Below are positions 9,721 through 23,084 of a stretch of DNA of 64,000 bases, in pieces (the stretch's first letter is position 1; each line of letters opens with the position of its first letter). The notes under the pieces were generated by a model, which saw only the letters and a program-made list of their open reading frames with translations, had not been told where the DNA came from and searched no databases. This DNA comes from Euprymna scolopes. Its lineage: Eukaryota. Position numbers and translations under genes: made by a program. Where the stretch lies: assembly GCA_053919585.1 (NCBI GenBank), contig CM132785.1. The stretch is one strand, 5' to 3'.

Positions 9721-11642
9721 AATTCATATTTTATTTTTGACTTGTCTTCAAAAATACGAATTACTTGATAATAACTTTTGTCAACCTTGATAATTAAATG
9801 TAGAGAGTGGCTCTCGCAGAATAATACATAAATAAATAACAAAACAATTTCACATTTTATGTAGCTAAAATGCAATAGACGGCATTAGTGAACTGAACTG
9901 ATCCCAACGTACGTTTTTATATTGTCTTTATTTTTTTCTTTAAGAATTTATTTCCTTTTTGGCTTAGAAAATATTCAGTTATTCGTCAATGATATAACCG
10001 TAGATTAACCATAAACAAATATAATCCAAAAATCATATTAAAAAAAAAATAAATAAAAATTATGCGATTAATGTTGATATCTACTGCACTAAAAATAAAA
10101 ACTATTTGTTTATAAAAGAAAAAAAAAAAAACACGCACAAAAATATGCATTGCATAAAATAATGCGAACATTTTGAATTTTTCGCACAAAATATTACAAA
10201 CTTTAAAATACGCGCTATTTTTTAAAAATATATTTTAAGGAAAGTTTATCCTTAATATTTTGATCAAGTTTTAAGTGATTTTTTTTTCTTTTATAAGAGA
10301 CCCACCCTGCCCACAACATTTCCTCAAAATAAACATTTTTATTTTATTTTTTTTTACAAAAATTCTACTCTAGCACATGTTTACTTCAGGTTCGGCAGGC
10401 ATAAAAGATAATAACGCAAACTTCTTTTAACAAAGTATTTTATAATAATTATAAAAGAAAGTAATAAAATCCATCATTCAAAGTAAAATATATGCATGAT
10501 GTTGTGTGTAAGATTCGACAAGCCTGAACACAAAAACTTTTTTACACACTCTTGACATTTTTAAAGATAACACACACTACTACAACACACTTCTTAAAAT
10601 AGTCTTGTTCTAATCTTTACCACCAACTTCTCCCGACTAAAAAAAAAAAATCTATATTTATCTGACGTTACCCGGTAGGAGATACGTTCACAATTAAAAA
10701 AACAAAAAATAGAATTAAAAAATTCTCTGTTTTCTCTTTAATTTTTGCCTTCCAAAAATATTCGATTAATAGTAAATAAAAAGGTTCAATATATATCCAT
10801 GAAAATTGCATGTAGGCAAGTAACGGAGACATACAAGATCTTTCACGGTTGAAATGGTTTTATTTTACTAGAAAAGATAGAAATTCTGTTTATTTCCGAC
10901 TTGGTCTTTTTGACGTCAGACATTGATTTGTAGCTTAAAAATAATTAACTATTTCCCCAATTGTGAAATTAAAATTCTTGAACTTGTATAACTATTAATA
11001 ACACTATTGTGAGGTGTATTTGATGCATTTCCAAAAATAAATGGCAAAACTATAATTTCCCCCCCCCCCCAACAACTAAAAAAATGCTGATATTGTCTTG
11101 AAAGTAAGGAAGTAAAAGTTAATCCTTTTTTTCCAAAATATTTGCCCTTCCTCTCATTTTCCGTTTTTTGTTCTCCTTATTTAATTTATTGGAAAATACG
11201 AAAGATCTGTCATGTAATTTCAATTAACTGATTAGGTTAATTTCACGTGCTTAAAAAATAGATTCACCAAGACATTTTGATAACATTTTTCTTGTTTTGG
11301 TTTACTTGTTTGTAAATAGTCGTTGGTTTAGATAATGCATTTATATTGCGTCTTAAGTAAGATTTAAGTTTTCTAAAAGTCGAAATAAACTGGTGAGACT
11401 ATATATTTTTTTTTCCTTAACATTTAAAAAAACTGATTTTTATTTAGTCATTTTTTTTTTTTTTTTTATTACTAACAATTGACCACTAATTTGTTTACTG
11501 TAACTCTCTATACATGAACACCTTTTTACTTTAGTTTTTTGAGAACATTTTAATGTTTCTTAAAACGAATAGACACAGCTATGTGTATTTAAAGCAGAAA
11601 TGCAATCCTCGGGTTAAAAAGAAAAAGGTAAATACGAAAACC

Positions 11643-11781
11643 NNNNNNNNNNNNNNNNNNNNNNNNNNNNNNNNNNNNNNNNNNNNNNNNNNNNNNNNNN
11701 NNNNNNNNNNNNNNNNNNNNNNNNNNNNNNNNNNNNNNNNNNNNNNNNNNNNNNNNNNNNNNNNNNNNNNNNNNNNNNNNN
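11643..11781. other. Assembly gap (139 N)
   Basis: Run of N immediately upstream of the STK11 start codon. Confidence 1.
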
Positions 11782-11793
11782 TTCTTTTGGATT

Positions 11794-12452
11794 ATGGATG
11801 AACCACAATGCACACCAGCTGCATCTTCATCGGAACCGGGGAACTTTCAAGCGGATAACTCCAAGATCACTGAAGATGAGGTTCACGTAAGCGAAACCGC
11901 TGTTGGTGGTCATCCAATGGGTCGATCTAATATTCCTCCCCCGCCGCGGTTATTGTGTGATGTAGAAGATGAAGATAGTCATCGGCACCGGGAATTTCTG
12001 CAATCGGGGAAGGCAAATGAACATTTTCTTTTATGTCAGGGCAGATTCGGTAACGATGAACAGCATGGCATTTACGGTGACCCCCCACAGTCATTCCGGT
12101 GTGGAGGTGGTGACGACGAATACCCTGATGATGAACCTGACATTATCAAGTTTGAGATGACGGACAAGAGTAGCTATTACCCGCCATGTGATTTTGATTT
12201 TCTTAATGCTGATGAGCCGCTTTCGTCGGCGCTCATTTTCCGCCGGGTCGACTCTGATCAGATTGTATACCAGCGGCGGCAACGAAGAGCTAAACATGTT
12301 GGCAAATACTTGATGGGTGATGTTCTAGGTGAAGGCTCCTACGGCAAGGTGAAGGAGGTTTTAGACACAGAAACTTTGTGTCGAAGGGCTGTCAAGATTC
12401 TCAAGAAAAAGAAGCTGAGAAAAATCCCAAGTGGGATCAAAAACGTTAAGAG
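11794..12452 (+). CDS. STK11: Serine/threonine kinase 11 (LKB1), first coding exon
   Basis: [72 protein letters not shown] closely matches the LKB1 N-lobe (human [73 protein letters not shown]). Donor AG|GTATGT at 12453 is phase 2, the same position as vertebrate intron 1. Confidence 0.97.
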
Positions 12453-12918
12453 GTATGTATCAACCATTGTATTAGGAGGTGGATGGCGTTAATAATGCAA
12501 TTATTAAAAGCAGACAACATTGTTTCTAATGTCTTATCTGGGATTTAGGTACCAATTTGAAAGATGAATTTTGGGTGCTAAAACCTGCAAAATCGAAAAA
12601 TGGTTTGAAAACCAATGTCTGCCTTTTTTTTTCATATACATTTATTAGAATTTTAAAGAATTTTCTTAATTTCAAGTTGAGAGCAGAAAACATTTTTAAT
12701 TATTTAACATTAGACTTAATCTGAAGGTGAATATATGAAATATTAATTACAATTCAAAGATCTTTAAAGATAAGATTAATCAGTGCTTATTCAAAATCAC
12801 ACTTTAAAAAAAAAAAAATGCAGAAAAATCTTTATGTATGCACTCATCACGGAATGAAACTCATATTCCAAAAATTATGTGAATTGATTAAATATTTACT
12901 TTTAAACTAAGAAAATCA

Positions 12919-12984
12919 AAAGTTATGATTTTCAGCGATTTTACTACTAAGTTTAGTAGTAAAATCGCTGAAAATCATAACTTT
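12919..12984. repeat. Perfect palindrome, 32-bp stem, 2-nt loop
   Basis: AAAGTTATGATTTTCAGCGATTTTACTACTAA-gt-TTAGTAGTAAAATCGCTGAAAATCATAACTTT. Confidence 0.95.
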
Positions 12985-13049
12985 AGTAACTAAACTGTAT
13001 TGAACATAAGGCTGATTTTGATCTGAACACTTTGAATTCTATTGTCTCC

Positions 13050-13137
13050 ATAAATTTTACGACTAAACAAGTAGTAGTGTTTTCCTTGGCCTATTGACCA
13101 AGGAAAACACTACTACTTGTTTAGTCGTAAAATTTAT
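13050..13137. repeat. Perfect hairpin, 40-bp stem, 8-nt loop
   Basis: ATAAATTTTACGACTAAACAAGTAGTAGTGTTTTCCTTGG-cctattga-CCAAGGAAAACACTACTACTTGTTTAGTCGTAAAATTTAT. Confidence 0.95.
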
Positions 13138-16099
13138 TTTTCTTGAGTAGAAAAAACTTGATCAAATTACATGATTTTTAAAAAATATTTTTTCATTCTG
13201 CGACTGGTACGCACATTTTTTTTTTTGCTTTTTAAATTTTTAATTATTGCCATAATTGCAATTCTGAATATGCACCGATTAATCTAGACGAATTTAAATG
13301 TCATTGTAATTAATTTAATTGTCTAAAATCCATGGTCGACCTTTTCTTTCATTGTAATAATAGAATCACTTTTTAAGTCTAATGTTAGAGTTGTTTTCCA
13401 CTCTTGTTGATTTTAAATAAATTAAAACAAAAAATTGTCTTAAAAATAAATATTAATAATTAATGTGCCTGGAGAAAGCAAAGGCAGATGATGGATTTGA
13501 GATCATTTTTTTAACTGTGTAGGTTTTAGTATCCTAAATTCAGTTTTTAAATCGTTCAAAAAAAAAAAAAAAAGAACTAATTCATTAGCACTAGGATTTA
13601 TTTGAAAATATTTTGAATGTAATTTAATTTACTTTTTCTAAATATTTACTTTATAGTAAGGATTTATGGACATAGTATTTACAAAGTTAACTTATACTGA
13701 TAAGATTTGTATAAAAATTGGGGTCTTGTAGTGAATGAATGGCTATCCAGAAGATTTGAATATTTTAATGGAGAATCAGAACTGAAAATGGTCAAAGTAA
13801 TTTATGATTTGAAAAAATGTAAAAAGGCAAACACTAGGGACTGCTAAAATTCACCACAGAATTACCCCCCCCTATATGTAACACGATGTAACTTTATTAT
13901 AAATGAATATTATCAATATAACTTTTGTACCATTTAAAAGAAGGGCAAAATAAACCAGTAATAATTAAAAAAATTTTTTTTCATTGAACGAAAATCGTGT
14001 TTACATAATTGGCGCTTTAAAATAACGTTCCCATGTAGTAGACATTCCGAACGTGAAAACATACCCGTATTTAATAAATCTAGCAAAAATCAACTAATGG
14101 TCAGATTTTCGTGAAATTTTCGATACTTCTCCATTTTAGAATGAAATTACATATAAAATGCAGATTTTGTAAAATATACGAACGGAAATATTTTTTTAGT
14201 ATGTGTGTGTGTCCCCACCCCATATTTATTTTTTCGAAATTCGAACAAAATATTTAAATCTATCGAAATTTCTATTATGAAACATAAGAGTTCAAGTAAG
14301 TAAAAAATATTTATTTTTTTTAAATTTAAATACACATATTGAACAAAAATTTACCTTGAAGTTGCAATTAAAAAATTAATATAAACTTAATATCATTATT
14401 GTTTTTTTTTTTTAAATAGCGTTTTTTCGAATTAATATATACTATAATCAGTTGAATTGCCAAGAAAAAGAAACTTCGTAAACATTAATTTTTAAAAGAT
14501 TAAAACGATTAAAATTCCATTATTTCAAAATGTTCCGTTACAACATAGACTTTTAAATAATTGTTTAAATTTAAAAAAAAATATTAAGTTTTAATATTAA
14601 CATGACTCTTGTCAGCTATTTTATCACCAGATTAAAACCAATTTGAAAATATTATTGCACAAATATTAAGCATTTTGTAGCCCCCCCCCCCTCATTTGGT
14701 TTGTCTCTTTTTATTGAACAAAATATGGAAGCTTGTAGGTAACTGAATGAACATTCGGTAAAACCGTATGTCATATTTAATATACAAATGTTTATAATAT
14801 TATTAATCATTAAACTGTGTAAATCTTAAAACCTAACAAAATTATAACAAAGATAATTAATTGCAGTTTGAACAAGATAAAGGTTTTAAAAAATCATTAA
14901 GGCGCTTCTGCTTTTCCATAGTTCGTATAGTTAACACAAATCTGACGTCACGTAAACATGCGGTCCATTTTTCACAATCATTTGGCAGACCCTAGCAAAC
15001 ACTAAGCATATGAAGGGTTAGGTTCAAGTGAAAGGTACTAATGCAGAATCCGGACCATGCTGAAATAATGTTATTTAGAAACCCATGCATACTTAATATG
15101 GGGAAGTTGAGCATTTTGTAACTATCCTGCACTTTAACTAAAAATTGAATTTAACTTGAAAATGATATCTAAAAATATAGCACAGTCTGTATTCAGCATA
15201 AGAACAGAGATAAAAAAAAAAAAGAAGTGTTTTAAAAATTGTAAACTGCTTTGGCCATTTCCATGACTGACTCTGGATTCTATCAAACTACTAAAATTTC
15301 TAAATACCCATCCATTGCAAATATTAAAAAAACTGAATAACTTTAGAATTATTTGTAAATTGATTGTTTTTTTATGTGAATTATGTAAACAGCATGAAAG
15401 TGATTATCAGGAGGCAGTTGAGTTTTTGAAATTAGATTCTGGTGTCGGTTTATTAAAAAAACAAAAAAAAAACAAACAATTGTTCCTACTGTGTTCGATT
15501 GTATGAAGTTGTAGGAACCTATTTTTTTCTCTCTAGTGATTAACATTGAAAACTTACTGAAAATCAAAAATAGTACAACTAGTCAAATTTAAAATTAGTA
15601 ACAAAATGCTGAACTATTAAAAAAGCAGACATGAAATCTAATTGAGTCATTAGATAAACAGAATCAAACGTTTTTTTCTTTGTTTTAACTGAATATATAG
15701 AAATGTATTGATATAAAATTCTACCTTATTAAATGTCATCCTAAAAATATTTGATTATAATAAGGTCATATATTCATTTTCTTTTTCTTCGTGTGTCATT
15801 GTTGTTTGTCAGTTGCCAATTATGTTTTACAACTTTATTAAAACGGTGGTTTTGAATCCTATCAAATAGATTGGATGAAAAAATACTTTTTTTTTTTTTT
15901 TTTGGTTCAGTGGTTTTTCTTTTCACAACACAAATGTATTTAAGTCATTTAGAAAAAGCAAACAACAAATTCTATAAAACAAAATGTAATCTAATAATCT
16001 TGTATATAATTTTATCAGCTTTTTTTTTTTTTTTAAATTTATTTATTTTATTTTTTTTCAGTATTTTAAAGAACATATTTTTAGTATAGTTTTTATTTC

Positions 16100-16320
16100 T
16101 TGTCAGATCACCAAAATTGTAAAAAACAGTGTTGGCCTTAGACAGTACTTAGATGGGTGATTGTTTTTGGAGTGCTGTGAATAAATGTAAAAAGTTAATT
16201 TCCCAAATCTTAGGAAAGGTATGAGTTCATCTCTCCTCATCCTAACTACGAGTAAAATAGTAAGGTTGATGACTCGAGTATTGGTAGAGCAACTAGTCTT
16301 GAAGACAGAAAACTAAAATA
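16100..16320 (+). mobile_element. Degenerate SINE-like repeat with 5S rRNA-derived head
   Basis: GATCACC...GGCCTTAGACAGTACTTAGATGGGTGA...GAGTGCTGT resembles the 3' half of 5S rRNA (GGCCTGGTTAGTACTTGGATGGGAGA...GGTGCTGT). It is followed by a SINE-body-like segment (GGAAAGGTATGA...GCAACTAGTCT). Confidence 0.5.
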
Positions 16321-17073
16321 GCATCAATCCTTTCTTCTATGGGAGTCAAAGGTTTGAGAAAGAGTTGGACTTGTAAGACTGCTAGGAATTGGAATCAGGT
16401 TTTTAATCGCCAAAGAATCAACAAACAGTCTGAATATTGGAAAACTTTAAAAGTTTACTTTTTATTCTTTGAGAGTACAAAGTCGACCTTGGGTTTACTT
16501 TGGGTAACCTTGTAACTCTCACTGGATTGATTTCCATAAAAATGAGTTGTAATTTTTGGAATCTTAGGAATCAGACCTTATACTTTCCAACAACAAACCC
16601 TGATCAAAGTCTGTGCAAATTGTATGACTCTAGCTAAACCTAAAAAGTGACCCATGATGACTCCTCCCCCTTTAAAAAACAAGAGGAAAATTCTTGTATT
16701 CTTTTTAAAATTGAATTCCTTTTTAGATTTCATTTATTAAAAAATCAAAAACTTGACAGCTCCTTGAAAAATAGGCTCAACATTTTTTAAACTGAAAACA
16801 ACAGAAAATTGAATTTCTTTCCTTTGTACTTTTGTGATTAATAGGTTTTTTTTTACTACAACCTGCATAAAAATCTGTTTTATCAGTGATTTATGGCACT
16901 TATATTGTCTTGTTAAAAACATATTTTATAGTCAGTCAATTTCATTGATTTTTATATTCAATCCTGATCAATATCCTTTTTATTAGTAGTAAAGGTAAAA
17001 CTTGTGGAGAATGCTCTGTTTTACGGTTGTTTTAAAAATGGAACGGAAGTTTAAATTTTGTTCCGGTACATTA

Positions 17074-17310
17074 TTACATTACGTGTAACTCACCGTTCAC
17101 ATTCGACATATCAAGTTTTACAGGTTTTCGGGTATGCTGGCAAGGTTGGGGGTGTCTATTCTGAAAGCTGTTCTTAACGTAGGGAGATTGGGAAAGCTGT
17201 TCTTAACATGGGGAGGTTGGAAGTGTTTATTCCGAAAGCCATTCTTAACATGGGGAGGTTAGGGGTAAAAGTTGACATTTTCAATGTGAACTGTGAGTTG
17301 GACTTATGTA
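17074..17310. mobile_element. MITE with ~45-bp imperfect TIRs and internal short tandem repeats
   Basis: Left AACTCACCGTTCACATTCGACATATCAAGTTTTAC vs right GTAAAAGTTGACATTTTCAATGTGAACTGTGAGTT; internal AAAGCYRTTCTTAAC present three times. Confidence 0.7.
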
Positions 17311-17426
17311 AAAAAAAAAAAAAAAAAAAATGCCAAAAAGCTATACCACATTTTAATTTTTCGTTTAAAAATTAAAATTCGTCTTTGTTAATAAAATTTT
17401 AGTTTTATATAAAAAAAAAATCTTTC

Positions 17427-17429
<3 letters not shown>

Positions 17430-17478
<49 letters not shown>

Positions 17479-17878
17479 AGTTATAAAATATATATGGCGA
17501 TTAAGCTTACTAACTAGCTCTACCTACGTATTGAGCACTGTTGAAGTAAATAAAGTTTACGCATAAATTTATACTTTCGTATATTAATTTATGTGATTAA
17601 ATGATGTAGTTATATATATATATATATATATATATAGTAATTTGTAAAATATATATGGCGATTAAGCTACACTGAATATTCGGCCTTGATTGTTAAATCT
17701 TTGAATATTCAGTGTAGCTTAATTGCCATATATATTTTATAAATTACTAACTAGCTCTATCTACGTATTAAGCACTTTTGAAGTAAATACTTAAAGTTTA
17801 CGCATAAATCTATACTTTCGTATATTAATTTTATGTGAGTAAATGAAGTAGTTATATATATATATATATATATATAGT
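17430..17878. repeat. Tandem duplication bounded by (TA)n; second copy contains a 47-bp-stem hairpin (17635-17749)
   Basis: Units share ATATATGGCGATTAAGCT...CTAGCTCTAYCTACGTATT...AAGTTTACGCATAAAT. Confidence 0.85.
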
Positions 17879-18287
17879 ACAATGTTGAATGTTAATCTTT
17901 CGATTATTTTTTGGGGGCACCTGCGCAAGTTAAAAACCAGATTAAAAAGGAACAAAATTTCAATTTCCATTCCATTTTTATAACAACTGTAAAACAGCAT
18001 TCTCCGCAATTTTTACCGTAATAAAGATGGAGTTAGAAGTCCTAATACTGTTACTCAAATTTCTGTCTACTAATTTAATAAATTTCTTTTTTTGTATTTT
18101 CACTATTGAAAAAGAGGAAGAAAAAGCTTGATTTGTCTTTTTTGTTTTCTTTCTTTCCTTTATTTTACCAAGAGAAATAAACGGGTGGGCAGCCTCTTTT
18201 ATACATTTAATAATGTCACTATTTTGTGCTTTCCCCCATAAGTCAGTCAGTTAGAAACTGTAAGGTCTAGCCTCAACCAGGGAAGAA

Positions 18288-18816
18288 TCTCTATATATAA
18301 AGTAGTAGCATTCATGTGTATGTCTGTGTGTACAGCTATCTTACAACCCACACCACTGGACCAATCATGACATGATGATGGTTCCCCACCTAGGGATGGT
18401 GCATACCATTTTCCAAGGTCAAGTGTTTATATTTGCTAGTTATTTGATGATTTGAAGCACTATTCTCATCTTGTTTTCTCCCAATGTTTCAGTCAATGTA
18501 ACCTCCAATCTTATTCACGTGCATCTTTTTCAACTCTAGAATCTATATGGAATTTCAAACTAAATCCTTTATTTAATCTACGGTGGTAGATTGTTAAACA
18601 TAAAACTGCATCTGAAGAAGGTTGCAAATTACTTTGGTCAAAACATTGTAAAAATGAAACAAAATAAGAATAACAGTGAAAATAATACACAATTCTTTTT
18701 GTTTCAAAATGAACTTTGACATTTTGAATTAGAATATTAAACAGGTTTAGTTTTATTTATTTTTTCATGTAATTTATGAAATTAGAACCTCGGGTGATGA
18801 TGAGTAACCTTGCTAG
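18288..18816 (+). mobile_element. Non-autonomous Helitron-like element with a nested palindromic Penelope-like fragment (about 18470-18650)
   Basis: A|TC-TCTATATATAA start and degenerate hairpin + CTAG|T end. Internal CAATGTTTCAGTC...TTCACGTG is inverted relative to CATCTGAAGAAGG...GGTCAAAACATTG. Confidence 0.45.
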
Positions 18817-18842
18817 TAAATAATTTATATATATTTTTATAT

Positions 18843-21800
18843 ATTATCTAATTATTATAAATATATATAAATTATCTAATTATTATAAATATATATAAAT
18901 TATCGAATTATTATAAATATATATAAATTATCTAATTATTATAAATATATATAAATTATCTAATTATAAATATATATAAATTATCTAATTATTATAAATA
19001 TATATAAATTATCTAATTATTATAAATATATATAAATTATCTAATTATTATAAATATATATAAATTATCTAATTATTATAAATATATATAAATTATCTAA
19101 TTATTATAAATATATATAAATTATCTAATTATTATAAATATATATAAATTATCTAATTATTATAAATATATATAAATTATCTAATTATTATAAATATATA
19201 TAAATTATCTAATTATTATAAATATATATAAATTATCTAATTATTATAAATATATATAAATTATCTAATTATTATAAATATATATAAATTATCTAATTAT
19301 TATAAATATATATAAATTATCTAATTATTATAAATATATATAAATTATCTAATTATTATAAATATATATAAATTATCGAATTATTATAAATATATATAAA
19401 TTATCGAATTATTATTATAAATATATATAAATTATCGAATTATTATAAATATATATAAATTATCGAATTATTATAAATATATATAAATTATCTAATTATT
19501 ATAAATATATATAAATTATCTAATTATTATAAATATATATAAATTATCTAATTATTATAAATATATATAAATTATCTAATTATTATAAATATATATAAAT
19601 TATCTAATTATTATAAATATATATAAATTATCTAATTATTATAAATATATATAAATTATCTAATTATTATAAATATATATAAATTATCTAATTATTATAA
19701 ATATATATAAATTATCTAATTATAAATATATATAAATTATCTAATTATTATAAATATATATAAATTATCTAATTATTATAAATATATATAAATTATCTAA
19801 TTATTATAAATATATATAAATTATCTAATTATTATAAATATATATAAATTATCTAATTATTATAAATATATATAAATTATCTAATTATTATAAATATATA
19901 TAAATTATCTAATTATTATAAATATATATAAATTATCTAATTATTATAAATATATATAAATTATCTAATTATTATAAATATATATAAATTATCGAATTAT
20001 TATAAATATATATAAATTATCGAATTATTATAAATATATATAAATTATCGAATTATTATAAATATATATAAATTATCGAATTATTATTATAAATATATAT
20101 AAATTATCGAATTATTATAAATATATATAAATTATCTAATTATTATAAATATATATAAATTATCTAATTATTATAAATATATATAAATTATCTAATTATT
20201 ATAAATATATATAAATTATCTAATTATTATAAATATATATAAATTATCTAATTATTATAAATATATATAAATTATCTAATTATTATAAATATATATAAAT
20301 TATCTAATTATTATAAATATATATAAATTATCTAATTAGTATTATAAATATATATAAATTATCTAATTAGTATTATAAATATATATAAATTATCTAATTA
20401 GTATTATAAATATAAATTATCTAATTATTATAAATATATATAAATTATCTAATTATTATAAATATATATAAACTATCTAATTATTATTATAAATATATAT
20501 AAATTATCTATTATTATAAATATATATAAATTATCTATTATTATAAATATATATAAATTATCTAATTATTATAAATATATATAAATTATCTAATTATTAT
20601 AAATATATATAAATTATCTAATTATTATAAATATATATAAATTATCTAATTATTATTATAAATATATATAAATTATCTAATTATTATTATAAATATATAT
20701 AAATTATCTAATTATCATTATAAATATATATAAATTATCTATTATTATAAATATATATAAATTATCTATTATTATAAATATATATAAATTATCTATTATT
20801 ATAAATATATATAAATTATCTAATTATTATAAATATATATAAATTATCTAATTATTATTATAAATGTATATAAACTATCTAATTATTATTATAAATGTAT
20901 ATAAACTATCTAATTATTATTATAAATGTATATAAACTATCTAATTATTATTATAAATGTATATAAACTATCTAATTATTATTATAAATGTATATAAACT
21001 ATCTAATTATTATTATAAATGTATATAAACTATCTAATTAGTATTATAAATGTATATAAACTATCTAATTAGTATTATAAATGTATATAAACTATCTAAT
21101 TATTATTATAAATGTATATAAACTATCTAATTATTATTATAAATGTATATAAACTATCTAATTAGTATTATAAATGTATATAAACTATCTAATTAGTATT
21201 ATAAATGTATATAAACTATCTAATTAGTATTATAAATGTATATAAACTATCTAATTAGTATTATAAATGTATATAAACTATCTAATTAGTATTATAAATG
21301 TATATAAACTATCTAATTAGTATTATAAATGTATATAAACTATCTAATTAGTATTATAAATGTATATAAACTATCTAATTAGTATTATAAATGTATATAA
21401 ACTATCTAATTAGTATTATAAATGTATATAAACTATCTAATTAGTATTATAAATGTATATAAACTATCTAATTAGTATTATAAATGTATATAAACTATCT
21501 AATTAGTATTATAAATGTATATAAACTATCTAATTAGTATTATAAATGTATATAAACTATCTAATTAGTATTATAAATGTATATAAACTATCTAATTAGT
21601 ATTATAAATGTATATAAACTATCTAATTAGTATTATAAATGTATATAAACTATCTAATTAGTATTATAAATGTATATAAACTATCTAATTAGTATTATAA
21701 ATGTATATAAACTATCTAATTAGTATTATAAATGTATATAAACTATCTAATTAGTATTATAAATGTATATAAACTATCTAATTAGTATTATAAATGTATA

Positions 21801-21931
21801 TAAACTATCTAATTAGTATTATAAATGTATATAAACTATCTAATTAGTATTATAAATGTATATAAACTATCTAATTATTATTATAAATGTATATAAACTA
21901 TCTAATTATTATTATAAATATATATAAATTA
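18843..21931. repeat. ~3.1-kb AT-rich minisatellite, 28-bp unit grading into a 31-bp unit
   Basis: TAATTATTATAAATATATATAAATTATC (28 bp) on the left; TAATTAGTATTATAAATGTATATAAACTATC (31 bp) on the right. Confidence 0.98.
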
Positions 21932-22099
21932 TTACTGAAGGAAGATTTTTAGAAGTTGACTTATTTGGGCTGAAGTCACAGTCCTGTCAACAACAATTGT
22001 TTAATTCTAATTGTCAGTTTTTTAATTCAATTACAACATGATTAACCTTAGTATAAATTGGTAACATTGGTTAATTATGTATAAAAATCCAATCAAAAT

Positions 22100-22640
22100 G
22101 GTTGCAACAACAATATGACTTTTATGAGATGGAGCAAGTTCAAGGAAATTCTGACATTGCCAACCAGCAGAGCATTACCCCTGTCGATCAAGGGAAAAGT
22201 CTATCAGGCATATGTACATAGTATGATAATGCATGGAAATGAAACTTGGTCAGAGAGGGTTAAGATCATGCATTGTATGGAAAGAAATGATATGAGAATG
22301 ATGTGATAGATGTCTGATGGTAAATCTTCAAGACAGGCTTAGTTTTGATGACCTTGAAAGAAGATTCAGAACAGTATAGGGAACTGCGTGCAGAACAGAC
22401 GATTTTGAGTTTGATAGTATTGACTGAATGAGAATTATTTGGTTAGTAAATGTAGAACAGTTAAGATAGCAGGTCCAGTTCACGGGGAAAGGAAAACAGG
22501 GGAGGAGGTGATAAAAATGGACTTGAGAGATTTAAAAAAAAAAAAAAAACTGGCCAAAGATAGGTTAGTTTGAAAATCAGTTTTTTAAAGCTCTCCAACA
22601 AATGCTAGCATGTAACATGGATGTTAAACCGAATATGATG
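22100..22640 (+). mobile_element. Degenerate RTE-clade LINE 3' fragment
   Basis: WSKFKEILTL...LSIKGKVYQAYVHSMIMHGNETW...ERNDMRMM matches the post-RT region of RTE elements. Confidence 0.8.
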
Positions 22641-23084
22641 CTGAAACTGGACTCTTTTGAGAAATATTTCATAACATAATCGAAACTGTTTTGTTTTGAG
22701 ACTTTCATTGTTCTATTTTGTACATTCTTTTTAGAGAATTCTTACAAATGAAAAGGTTAAATAAACATGACTTGTATGTGATAGTGAGTTATTGAACATT
22801 TCTGGAATTTAAACAAAACTGATTTTATAAAAAAAATTGTTCTACATATTGACAATGGGACATTTTGTATTAGGGAACCTTATTATAACCATTTCAGTTG
22901 AAAAGTTATATTTTTAAATTGATTGTTAAATCTTTGAATTTCTCTTTTATTATTGTTTCAAATTCAATTTCTCTGAATTGTTATTGATCTTGTTTTGTCT
23001 TTGTATATCATTTCTGTGAAAAATTTAAAAAGGTTTTGTTGGATATGTGTCAACTAATGTAATAAATCTACCCTTTCTATATAA

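Noticed and set aside
11553-11813. ORFs spanning the N run
   Set aside because: Artefacts of the assembly gap.
12453-12492. ORF track extends STK11 to 12492 ([12 protein letters not shown])
   Set aside because: Read-through into the intron; homology stops at the conserved GT donor at 12453.
14147-16089. Short F/L/K/I-rich ORFs (and many similar ones elsewhere in the window)
   Set aside because: Expected by chance in AT-rich and homopolymer-rich intron sequence; no motifs.
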